This document shows positions 15,992 to 24,996 of a stretch of 28,226 nucleotides of DNA, piece by piece. Origin of the DNA: Myxococcota bacterium. GTDB taxonomy: Bacteria > Myxococcota > XYA12-FULL-58-9 > JABJBS01. The stretch is taken from NCBI GenBank assembly GCA_036339465.1, contig JAYZAY010000055.1, positions 1 through 28,226 on the forward strand, read 5' to 3'. Position 1 is the stretch's first letter; each line of letters begins with the position of its first letter. The notes under the pieces are model-generated. The model worked only from the letters and a program-made list of their open reading frames with translations, had not been told where the DNA came from and made no database searches. Position numbers and translations under genes: made by a program.

Positions 15992-16519
15992 GTCAAAAAA
16001 CTTGAAAACGTTCTTATTCGAAAATCCTGTGGTTTTTATTTTTGAACAATGCGCCACTGCCTCAAGGCCTGGTATCCCCACAACATCCCAAAAGCCAAAC
16101 CATTGAGGTTTCGTATCCAAGACTTTTTTCTCAAGGCAGGTTGGGTGAGAATTCCGAGATTTGTTTTCAATGTTCAAACCGCTACGTTCTGGTCTGCGGA
16201 TTCGACTGTATCAAAGTAGCCCCTGGTGAATCATCACTCAACAACGAGCGTCGTAAATGGGAACCAGTCGAAGCTATTAACCTGTGCTCTTTTAGACAAT
16301 GGCATCTGAGACTGACGAAACAAACGGTAACACCCAGCTTCCCACCACCATCCTCCAAAATGAACTTTTTGGGAGCATTCGAAAAGCCAATGACCACGCC
16401 CATATCTCTTACCCCGACAGTGAATATTGAACCCTGAAGTCGGCTATGTTAGTGGGCTTTTAGTTTCATTGAACCTGAGGCTAATCCGTTCCTCACCTTA
16501 TCATAGCTTGGAGATCTCT

Positions 16520-17221
16520 ATGAATATCCCCCGGAATATCCCCCGCCTTCGAATCTTTTCAATCATTTTGCTACTCGCAATGGGCTGTCAGCCGTCAGGC
16601 GCAAAAAAAGAAGAACCTGCGACCCCTACAGTCGTCAAAGCTCAAAAAGAGATGGTCAAAGAAGCGCCAAAGCCCACCGCGGTTAATTGCACCTATACCG
16701 TCAAAGCAGCAACACCAAAATGGACCGCCTACAAATATACCGAGAAGGCTCCGGTAAGCGGCACGTTCAACGAAAGCAAGCTGGGAGAAGCCAAAAGCGC
16801 AACCTCTTTAAGTGAAGCACTCATAGGTTTAACCATGGCCATTAACCCTGCATCGGTCGAAAGTAATAATCCCGCCCGGAATACCACCATCGCCACGTCG
16901 TTTTTCAATAAATTCATGCCCGCTACAGAAATCAGTGCCAAAGTGGATGCTGTAAAAGGAAATGATTCGACTGGTCGAATAACCATTAGTGTCAATATGA
17001 ATAGCGTCAGCAAAGCCCTAGAATTCGATTATACCATGAATGACAAGGGTGTACTTGAAGCCAAAAAGAGCGTTGATATGATCGACTTCAATTTAAAAGC
17101 TGCCTACGACGGCATTCACGAGGCATGCAAAGGACTCCACACCGGTAAGGATGGAGTTGCTAAAACTTGGACTGACGTGGAATTGGCGGTAACTGCTCAG
17201 ATCGAAAAGAAATGCAACTAA
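16520..17221 (+). CDS. YceI-like lipid/polyisoprenoid-binding lipoprotein, 233 aa (start corrected)
   Basis: GGAG RBS then ATG 16520; lipoprotein signal ending LAMG-C; Pro/Lys/Ala linker; WTAYKYTEKAPVSGTF, SVESNNPARNTTI (YceI 'S..T....RD'-like motif), LHTGKDGVAKTW. Confidence 0.75.
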   Translation: MNIPRNIPRLRIFSIILLLAMGCQPSGAKKEEPATPTVVKAQKEMVKEAPKPTAVNCTYTVKAATPKWTAYKYTEKAPVSGTFNESKLGEAKSATSLSEALIGLTMAINPASVESNNPARNTTIATSFFNKFMPATEISAKVDAVKGNDSTGRITISVNMNSVSKALEFDYTMNDKGVLEAKKSVDMIDFNLKAAYDGIHEACKGLHTGKDGVAKTWTDVELAVTAQIEKKCN

Positions 17222-17434
17222 ACTCTTTCTACTTCCAGACCATCATATCTCCCCTTGATTGGCTTCTTATGGGTTCGTCTCCCGCTTAAACATCTTCAGT
17301 AGACGATGCTCCTCAGTGGGATAGGCACAACCGGCTGGCGAAAAATCTTCCTTGAGTGGAGTTAAATATTCGGCATTTTCCCAATCCCGTAGACACCACT
17401 CGACCTTCGCGTCTAAACACCATAAAGAGCTTCC

Positions 17435-18121
17435 ATGATTTGGGCCTTTCTCACCTTGATATTAGTCGGTATTATCTTTGGCCCACAATGGTGGGCTCGA
17501 CAAATACTGAGCCAGCATGGGCATCGCCGAGCTGACATTCCCCAAAGCGGGTCTGAATTTGCCAACGCACTGATTCGGCATGTTGACCTAGCCCAAGTTG
17601 GGGTGGAGTTGGCCACACCAAACCAAGACCATTTTGACCCCATCGCCAATAGAGTCCGCTTAAGCCCCAATATTTATGAAGAGAACTCACTCACGGCAAT
17701 TGTGGTCGCAGCCCATGAAGTGGGGCATGCAATACAACATGCATCAAACTACTGGCCTCTTAAAATGCGAACAAATCTAGTCGGTTTCGCAACAAACCTC
17801 GAAAAAGCAAGTTCGGTAATTCTCATTGCGGCCCCCTTCGCCGGGCTACTCACTCGAAATCCCCGGCTCCCTATTTTTATGACAGTCTTCATGGTCGGGA
17901 GTATGCTTGCAAGCACCTTGATACACCTAATCACCCTTCCCGTAGAATTCGATGCCAGCTTCAAACGAGCCATGCCCTACCTTCGAGACGTGAAATACCT
18001 CACCGAAAGTGACATCCAAGCAGCAAAGAAAATCCTATGGGCATGCGCGCTCACCTATGTTGCTCGCTCCCTAGCAACCCTGCTTAATGTTTGGCGCTGG
18101 CTAAGAGTTTTACGGCGCTAA
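17435..18121 (+). CDS. Putative neutral zinc metallopeptidase (Zn_peptidase_2/YugP-like), membrane-anchored
   Basis: DHFDP, AAHEVGHAIQH (HExxH), TLPVEFDASFKRA, ALTYVA; N-terminal TM helix. Confidence 0.9.
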   Translation: MIWAFLTLILVGIIFGPQWWARQILSQHGHRRADIPQSGSEFANALIRHVDLAQVGVELATPNQDHFDPIANRVRLSPNIYEENSLTAIVVAAHEVGHAIQHASNYWPLKMRTNLVGFATNLEKASSVILIAAPFAGLLTRNPRLPIFMTVFMVGSMLASTLIHLITLPVEFDASFKRAMPYLRDVKYLTESDIQAAKKILWACALTYVARSLATLLNVWRWLRVLRR

Positions 18122-18586
18122 CCACCAAACAGTCCTTTTTTCCCTACAATACCAACCTAAGCACCAGTTCTTAAAATCAAAAGTTCACTTCTACACATAA
18201 TAGAGGCCATTATTTGTGCGCATTTGCGCCGGCAAAAACCGTGAATCGCGATACTCTCTATGTAATCCGCCAATCACCAGCATCGAGCTTTTGACTTTTA
18301 AGCACGCAAAACATGCCGAAGAACTCAACCTCGCAAATCACACCCCAAAAAAGGCTGTAGCTCCAAAGGAAAAATCGGCCCCACCTTCCTCCGCCGTGAA
18401 CTTAGACTCCCCATAACTTCTGCATCACCTCGCTATCAGCCCCAGCCCAAAACCCAATACTTCGCCCCAAATATCATGTTTCCTCCTCTGACAGTGCTAC
18501 CTACCGCCCATCATAAACCATAAAATTGGTGGATAAGGCGGCTACATTTACGGCCAATAGTTACATAACTGTCGTTTCCTTTGGCT

Positions 18587-18615
18587 AGTCCAATTTGACT
18601 TGGACTTTTCGTCCA
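18587..18615. promoter_or_regulatory. Candidate enhancer (bEBP-binding) site for the nirB sigma54 promoter
   Basis: AGTCCAA-N6-TTGGACT (18587-18606) overlapping TGGAC-N5-GTCCA (18601-18615), about 80-110 bp upstream of the -24 element. Confidence 0.4.
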
Positions 18616-18693
18616 CTGCAAAAACAACTATAAGCGCTTGTTTTTACACACTCTTCTTCGCCTAGCCATCGAAGTCACCATCCCCCATTTTTT

Positions 18694-18709
18694 TGGTATC
18701 TTTCTTGCT
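18694..18709 (+). promoter_or_regulatory. Sigma54 (RpoN) -24/-12 promoter of nirB
   Basis: TGGTATCTTTCTTGCT: GG-N10-GC with TTGC; 32 nt upstream of the nirB ATG. Confidence 0.7.
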
Positions 18710-18741
18710 ACTTCAATAGATGAAATCAAGGGAGGTCGAAG

Positions 18742-21708
18742 ATGTCTAAGTGTGTACCTGGAAGCAATTCCCGCTTTCCGAGGGTGTTGGTTATCGGCAA
18801 TGGCATGGTCGGCCAGAAGTTCCTAGAGACCCTCTCAGAGCTGGGTGGAGGTGATTGTTTCGAAATCGTCGTATTTGGCGAGGAATCCAGACCTGCTTAC
18901 GACCGCGTTCATCTTTCGGAATATTTTTCAGACAAAAGCGCATCAGAACTCGAACTATCTTCCGTCGAGTGGGCGCAAGAAAGAAACATCGCTCTGCGGC
19001 TATCCACCAAAGTGACACAAATTCACCGCGAACAAAAAACGGTAACCCTAGAAGATGGCCAATCCCTTTCCTATGATTATCTTGTTTTGGCAACCGGATC
19101 ATCTCCATTTCTGCCCCCGATTCCAGGCATCGAAACTGAAGGGGTTTTCGTTTATCGAACCCTCGATGACCTAGATGCAATTCAGGCCTACGGAACAACA
19201 TCTAAATCTGCTATCGTCATGGGTGGGGGCCTCCTAGGTTTGGAAGCAGCCAACGCCATGAAAAACCTTAACCTCGATACCACGGTTATAGAATATGCCC
19301 CGAGTCTCATGCCTAGACAACTCGACCTTGACGGCGGTTTGATTCTCAAAAAAGTAATCGAAGAACTCAATATTCCTGTCCTCCTAAACAAGCAAACCAC
19401 CAAGATATCTCAGGATGCGAACGGTCTTTCATTGGATTTTAATGGCGATGCTTCCATCAGCACAGATATGCTAATTGTATCCGCAGGCATTCGCCCCCGG
19501 GACGAATTGGCCCATGGTGCAGGTCTCACTATCGGAGAACGTGGTGGCGTGGTTGTCGACGACACCATGCGCACCTCTGACCCCTCCATTTTTGCAATTG
19601 GTGAAGTAGCCTCCTTTCAAGGGCAAACCTATGGCCTGGTTGCCCCAGGATATAACATGGCACAAGTAGCCGCCTCCATTCTAATGGCACAACCCGCACG
19701 TTTCCCAACACCGGATTTATCCACAAAACTTAAGTTGCTAGGTGTGGATGTTGCCACTTTCGGACAACTATTCACCGATGAAGAGTCGTCACAAATCGTT
19801 AAGTATACCGATCCAGGAAGGGGTATCTATAAACGACTCAACTTGTCTCTGGACGGAAAACAGCTCATCGGCGGAATGCTGGTGGGGGAAGCATCTGCGT
19901 ATCAAAACCTCTTGCAAATAATGAAGAACTCCCTGCCCCTTCCAGAATTCCCAGAGACGCTCTTATTGCCTAGCGGTGCCTCTACAGAATCACAGGAGCT
20001 CGAGCTTCCCGACTCCGCTCAAGTTTGTTCCTGTGAAAATATCAGCAAGGGAGCAATTCGAACTTGCATGGGCAAGGGGCAAGTCACCACCCTCGTCCAG
20101 CTCAAAGCAGAAACCAAAGCGGGAACCGGCTGTGGTGGATGCGCGCCTCTCTTGACAAAAATATTTCGTGATGAACTCGCCGCCCAAGGAAAAACTCTTG
20201 TCAATCATGTCTGTGAACACTTTACCTATTCTCGAAAAGAACTCTTCTCATTAATAAAAATACGTGGGTACAGAACCTTCAAAGACACGGTCGAAGGCAT
20301 CGGCGTCGGCTATGGATGCGAAACATGTAAACCTACGGTTGCTTCGATACTGGCCAGTCTCTGGAATGAACCAGCATTCGAACATGACATCATTCAAGAT
20401 ACCAACGACCGATTTATGGCCAACATACAACGGGGAGGAACCTACTCTGTTGTGCCGAGAATACCCGGTGGAGAAATTACACCAGATAAACTAATCGTAC
20501 TCGGTGAAGTTGCAAAAAAATACAATCTCTACTCGAAAATAACCGGTGGTCAGCGAATCGACCTATTTGGTGCCCATGTTCATCAATTACCCGATATTTG
20601 GGAAGAACTTATCGCAGCCGGTTTCGAAAGTGGCCATGCCTACGCAAAATCCCTCCGCACGATTAAAAGTTGCGTGGGGACAAGTTGGTGTCGCTTTGGT
20701 GTCGGAGACTCGACTCGATTGGCCATCAAACTCGAAAATCGATACCGTGGACTCCGCGCCCCGCATAAACTTAAATCTGCTGTTTCTGGATGCACCCGAG
20801 AATGTGCAGAAGCCCAAAGCAAAGATTTTGGAATCATCGCCACTGAACACGGATGGAACCTTTACGTGGGGGGAAATGGCGGAACCACACCAAGACACGC
20901 TCAATTGCTAGCGACAGACCTTGATGAAAAAACCTTGGTCAGCTTTATCGACCGCTTTCTAATGTACTATATTCACACTGCCGATAAGCTCCAACGCACA
21001 GCCCGATGGATCGAAGAACTAGACGGTGGAATCGACCGATTGCGGGAAATAATCGTCGGCGACATCATGGGCATCGGTGAGCAACTTGAATCTGAAATGG
21101 AAGCACTGGTTGGTCGATACCAATGTGAATGGAAAGCCTTAGTCAACGATAGCCAGCGACGCACCCATTTCTCTCATTTTTCCAATTCGTCGAAAGTGGA
21201 CCCAAATCTGGAATTCGTACAAATCAGACGACAAAAGCAACCCATAGCCTGGACCAAATCGATCGTCACCCAATCAGCTGCCAGGAACAAGAAGGAAGCC
21301 AGTCCATCCCAGGGAGCCTGGTTCAAAGCAGGGTCCATAAACGAATTGAATACAAAGGGTGGATCGTGTGTAAAAGTGGGAAATATGCAAATTGCCCTCT
21401 ATCATCTCCCGGAAAAACAGACCTGGTTTGCGACCCAGAATATGTGCCCCCATCGACGAGATATGGTTTTATCCCGAGGGCTCACAGGATACGCCGGAGA
21501 TACCCCGAAAGTTGCCTGTCCCCAGCATAAGAAAACCTTTTCCCTACTCACCGGCAAAGGTCTCAATGACCCCTCCCTGAATATCGAAACATATCCGGTT
21601 GAGATTAGAGATCAGGACATTTACGTTTTTCTTTCGAATAAAGTCGTCAAATCTTTTGATGACAGTAAAAACCGACACACCGTGGCCAGAGCTTGCGAAG
21701 TCGTCTGA
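18742..21708 (+). CDS. nirB: NAD(P)H-dependent siroheme nitrite reductase large subunit fused to a C-terminal Rieske (NirD) domain, 988 aa
   Basis: GNGMVG (FAD), GGGLLGLE (NAD), BFD-like CSCEN...GTGCGGC and CEH...GCETC, siroheme/4Fe-4S KSCVGTSWC and SGCTRECA; C-terminal NMCPH...LSRG...KVACPQHK; GGAGG RBS. Confidence 0.95.
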   Translation: MSKCVPGSNSRFPRVLVIGNGMVGQKFLETLSELGGGDCFEIVVFGEESRPAYDRVHLSEYFSDKSASELELSSVEWAQERNIALRLSTKVTQIHREQKTVTLEDGQSLSYDYLVLATGSSPFLPPIPGIETEGVFVYRTLDDLDAIQAYGTTSKSAIVMGGGLLGLEAANAMKNLNLDTTVIEYAPSLMPRQLDLDGGLILKKVIEELNIPVLLNKQTTKISQDANGLSLDFNGDASISTDMLIVSAGIRPRDELAHGAGLTIGERGGVVVDDTMRTSDPSIFAIGEVASFQGQTYGLVAPGYNMAQVAASILMAQPARFPTPDLSTKLKLLGVDVATFGQLFTDEESSQIVKYTDPGRGIYKRLNLSLDGKQLIGGMLVGEASAYQNLLQIMKNSLPLPEFPETLLLPSGASTESQELELPDSAQVCSCENISKGAIRTCMGKGQVTTLVQLKAETKAGTGCGGCAPLLTKIFRDELAAQGKTLVNHVCEHFTYSRKELFSLIKIRGYRTFKDTVEGIGVGYGCETCKPTVASILASLWNEPAFEHDIIQDTNDRFMANIQRGGTYSVVPRIPGGEITPDKLIVLGEVAKKYNLYSKITGGQRIDLFGAHVHQLPDIWEELIAAGFESGHAYAKSLRTIKSCVGTSWCRFGVGDSTRLAIKLENRYRGLRAPHKLKSAVSGCTRECAEAQSKDFGIIATEHGWNLYVGGNGGTTPRHAQLLATDLDEKTLVSFIDRFLMYYIHTADKLQRTARWIEELDGGIDRLREIIVGDIMGIGEQLESEMEALVGRYQCEWKALVNDSQRRTHFSHFSNSSKVDPNLEFVQIRRQKQPIAWTKSIVTQSAARNKKEASPSQGAWFKAGSINELNTKGGSCVKVGNMQIALYHLPEKQTWFATQNMCPHRRDMVLSRGLTGYAGDTPKVACPQHKKTFSLLTGKGLNDPSLNIETYPVEIRDQDIYVFLSNKVVKSFDDSKNRHTVARACEVV

Positions 21709-21812
21709 GCTTCAAAAAGAACCAATAGGAAGTTTCTTCATCTAGTTCCACATATTTGAAGAAAGAACATTATTGTTCGCAGAAAAACACCAGCAAAAAC
21801 GCCCGACGCTAT

Positions 21813-21828
21813 TGGCATAATAATTGCT
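21813..21828 (+). promoter_or_regulatory. Sigma54 (RpoN) -24/-12 promoter upstream of the nitrate transporter
   Basis: TGGCATAATAATTGCT, near-consensus TGGCA-N6-TTGC; 37 nt before ATG 21866. Confidence 0.8.
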
Positions 21829-21865
21829 CCTTATCGTGATTGATAAACGAATAAGGAGAATGCAA

Positions 21866-23194
21866 ATGTCTGTGGGACAGGCTTCCAGAATCAGCCTATT
21901 GACTTTTGGAACACCGAAAATTCGAGCCTTCCACATATCCTGGCTCTCTTTTTTCGTGTGCTTCTTTGCCTGGTTTGGTGTTGCACCACTGATGGCGATT
22001 ATCCGGGATGAGTTTGCACTAACAAAATCCCATATTGGTAATATAATCATCGCTTCGGTTACAGGGACAACAATCGCTCGCCTTTTCATGAATTGGCTCT
22101 CTGACAAAATCGGTCCGAGAACAGCCTACACCACGTTTCTCTGTCTCGGTTCATTGCCAGTTATGGCTATTGGACTCTCCACTGATTATGAATCGTTTCT
22201 CCTTTTTCGTCTTTTCATTGGGTTCATCGGCGCTTCATTCGTCATTACGCAGTACCACACGTCCTCGATGTTCGCTCCAAACGTGGCGGAAACCGTAAAT
22301 CCAATCGCCGCTGGCTGGGGAAACTGCGGTGGTGGAGCCACTCAATTCATTATGCCCCTAATATTTTCCGCATTCATGGGACTTGGTTTTGGCGGAGCCA
22401 TGAGTTGGCGCTTAGCAATGGTCGCCGCAGGGTTTGCATGCCTGATTGTGGGACTACTCTACTATTTTTTCACCCGAGACTTACCCCAAGGAAACACTGC
22501 GCAATCAAGAAAACTCGCCCTCCAAGAGACCCCCGAGGCCGGTAAAGACAGCTTCTTAGCCACTTTGAAGGACGGTAGAGTCTGGCTCTTGTTTTTTATC
22601 TACGGAGCCTGTTTTGGTGTAGAACTCACCATCTACAATATCGCGACCATGTATTTTATGGACAACTTTGGTCTATCCCTCACCTTGGCTGGTTTGGCCG
22701 CAAGTTTATTCGGTTTGATAAACTTCTTTGCTCGTTCTCTCGGCGGTGCAATTGGAGACCGTTTTGACAAAAAAGGAGGCATTCATGCACGGGTTCTTTG
22801 GCTTTTCATTGCGGTCTTTTGTGAGGGTTTAGCCCTTATGATCTTCTCTCAGATGACGGTTCTTTCCATCGCCGTCCCTTCACTCGTCGTCTTTAGTTTC
22901 TTTGTTCAGATGAGTGAGGGGGCAACGCACTCAGTCGTACCATTTATAAAGGAGAAATCCCTCGGGTCGGTCGCCGGGTTTATTGGCGCTGGCGGAAGCT
23001 TTGGTGCCGTTTGTGCTGGTTTTCTTTTCAAGAGTGAAGCCTTGACTTGGCCACAAGCCCTTCTCATCCTAGGGGCGGTCGTAACAGCCATTTCATTTCT
23101 CACCTTTGGATTTCGATTCTCCGCCCACAAGGAATGCTCAATCCGTAAAAAACAGCGAGAACTTTCCCTGCCTGCTGGTCCGGTACCTGCGTAA
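21866..23194 (+). CDS. narK: NarK/NRT2-family MFS nitrate/nitrite transporter, 442 aa (start corrected)
   Basis: AAGGAG RBS 7 nt before ATG 21866; RAFHISWLSFFVCFFAWF, ARL..., GASFVITQYHTSSMF, AGWGNCGGG, YGACFGVEL, FARSLGG, GAGG. Confidence 0.9.
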   Translation: MSVGQASRISLLTFGTPKIRAFHISWLSFFVCFFAWFGVAPLMAIIRDEFALTKSHIGNIIIASVTGTTIARLFMNWLSDKIGPRTAYTTFLCLGSLPVMAIGLSTDYESFLLFRLFIGFIGASFVITQYHTSSMFAPNVAETVNPIAAGWGNCGGGATQFIMPLIFSAFMGLGFGGAMSWRLAMVAAGFACLIVGLLYYFFTRDLPQGNTAQSRKLALQETPEAGKDSFLATLKDGRVWLLFFIYGACFGVELTIYNIATMYFMDNFGLSLTLAGLAASLFGLINFFARSLGGAIGDRFDKKGGIHARVLWLFIAVFCEGLALMIFSQMTVLSIAVPSLVVFSFFVQMSEGATHSVVPFIKEKSLGSVAGFIGAGGSFGAVCAGFLFKSEALTWPQALLILGAVVTAISFLTFGFRFSAHKECSIRKKQRELSLPAGPVPA

Positions 23195-23220
23195 CGCGTA
23201 TACTAGAGGGAGATGGGATT

Positions 23221-24996
23221 TTGACGAGTATCGGTGATCAGATGAGCGACTATTCCAAATCAGATAATAGTGAACTCACAAAAACTTGGGACTCCAAAAA
23301 GAAGAGTTGGTCTAGTCGTCTGCCTATCATCGATTCGTATCTGAAAGAACAACAGGACTTAACCGCAGTTGAACGGTTCGCTCAATTACACGAACACGAA
23401 AGCACCGTTCTCCAGGGAAAATACTATCAAGATTTGCTGCCAACCAATCTACCGGGAGAATCGGAACAATACGCGTTCGAAGTCGATTTAGACAATTGCA
23501 CTGGCTGTAAGGCATGTGTCACCGGATGCACGAGCCTCAATGGACTAAAAGATGGAGAAACCTGGCGCGATGTCGGTTTGGTCATTGGTGGAACAGGTAG
23601 CCAAGCCACCACTCAGCATGTAACCACCGCATGCCATCACTGCCTCGAGCCTGCATGTGCAAAAGGCTGCCCAGTTAACGCCTATGTGAAGGATGAAGAA
23701 ACTGGAATAGTCAAACACCTCGATGACCAATGTATCGGATGTCAATATTGTACCCTAACCTGCCCCTATGACGTTCCCAAATTTTCAAAATCCATGGGGA
23801 TTGTTCGCAAGTGCGACATGTGTATTGACCGATTAAAAGAAGGCGAAGCCCCTGCATGTGTTCAGGCCTGCCCCACCGGGGCCATTAACATTTCAGTGGT
23901 AAACAAAAGGGACGTTCTCCGAAAAGGCGAGACTGGGATGCTTATTCCAGGCACGCCTCCTTCAAACATCACCTACCCAACAACCACCTATAAGAGCAAA
24001 AGTGCTTCCATTAGACACACCCTACCCGCCGATTATTATCGTCCCCAGCAACAACATTCCCATTGGCCTCTAATCTTTCTTCTGGTTTTATCCCAAATGT
24101 CTATTGGCGTCTTCGCCATCCAAAGAAACTTTTTGCTTGAAAGCCTTGCATTCGGGTTTCATTCATTGGTTTCTCTCAGTTCTCTTCTAGGCCTAGCGAT
24201 TATGGGACTCGCACTAACCACCAGCCTCTTCCATTTAGGCCGGCCACAATATGCTTTTCGAGCCATCCTGGGAATAGGGCACTCATGGCTTAGCCGCGAA
24301 ATCCTTACCTTCGGAATCTATTTCAAAGTGGCACTTATATTTACCGCTGCCTGTCTTGTTGAGTCTGTTCCGGAGCTTAGAAATAAACTTCCCACCTGGT
24401 ATCCCGATGGACTTTACCTGCTACCCATTCTATCCAGTATGACCCTCATAGCAGGGGGAACCGCCCTTTTGTCGTCTGTGATGGTTTATCATGACACCAA
24501 ACGCATTTTCTGGAATTGGCTCCGCGGCGGATTTAAATTCGTCTCAACGACACTCCTTTTAGGGATCACCTCGCTCCTATTATTAAGTTCAGCTTACCTC
24601 TGGAACTCGGAGACCCCTCCCACTTTCATCCGTGACTTCCTGAACAATTCATTGATTCCATATTCAGCCTTACTTATGGGCGCCAAGTTGTCCCATGAGA
24701 TTTCGCTCTTCCACTATTTACGTGACTCCCACAATTCCGCCATGAAACGTACAGCTCAACTCCATTTCACCGAGCTACTTAACTCCACCGTGGCCCGAGT
24801 GGCATGTGGTCTTTTAGGCGGAATTCTCATCCCGCTTCTACTCATGCACGACCTCAGAAGTTCCCCGGCCCCCACAGGCCCGATGGTTCTCATTATGGGC
24901 TTTGGGTCCATTTTAGTCTTTTGCGGAGAAGTTCTCGAACGATACCATTTCTTTTCCGCTGTCGTTGTATGGAAGATGCCAGGAGACTTCAGATGA
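23221..24996 (+). CDS. Fusion of a DmsB/NrfC-like 4x[4Fe-4S] protein and a DmsC/YnfH-like membrane anchor, 591 aa
   Basis: [42 protein letters not shown]...PACVQACP; then about 8 TM helices with [37 protein letters not shown]. Start is either TTG 23221 (GGGAG RBS) or ATG 23242. Confidence 0.88.
   Translation: MTSIGDQMSDYSKSDNSELTKTWDSKKKSWSSRLPIIDSYLKEQQDLTAVERFAQLHEHESTVLQGKYYQDLLPTNLPGESEQYAFEVDLDNCTGCKACVTGCTSLNGLKDGETWRDVGLVIGGTGSQATTQHVTTACHHCLEPACAKGCPVNAYVKDEETGIVKHLDDQCIGCQYCTLTCPYDVPKFSKSMGIVRKCDMCIDRLKEGEAPACVQACPTGAINISVVNKRDVLRKGETGMLIPGTPPSNITYPTTTYKSKSASIRHTLPADYYRPQQQHSHWPLIFLLVLSQMSIGVFAIQRNFLLESLAFGFHSLVSLSSLLGLAIMGLALTTSLFHLGRPQYAFRAILGIGHSWLSREILTFGIYFKVALIFTAACLVESVPELRNKLPTWYPDGLYLLPILSSMTLIAGGTALLSSVMVYHDTKRIFWNWLRGGFKFVSTTLLLGITSLLLLSSAYLWNSETPPTFIRDFLNNSLIPYSALLMGAKLSHEISLFHYLRDSHNSAMKRTAQLHFTELLNSTVARVACGLLGGILIPLLLMHDLRSSPAPTGPMVLIMGFGSILVFCGEVLERYHFFSAVVVWKMPGDFR

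Noticed and set aside
16042..16437. ORFs 16042-16437 (+), 16182-16403 (-) and 15974-16177 (-) in the divergent intergenic gap
   Set aside because: No convincing RBS, motif or protein-like composition; a gene remnant or sRNA cannot be excluded but is unsupported.
16522..16545. 12-bp tandem duplication GAATATCCCCCG x2 at the start of the YceI-like gene (NIPR-NIPR)
   Set aside because: An in-frame two-copy microduplication in the signal-peptide n-region; no evidence of function or phase variation.
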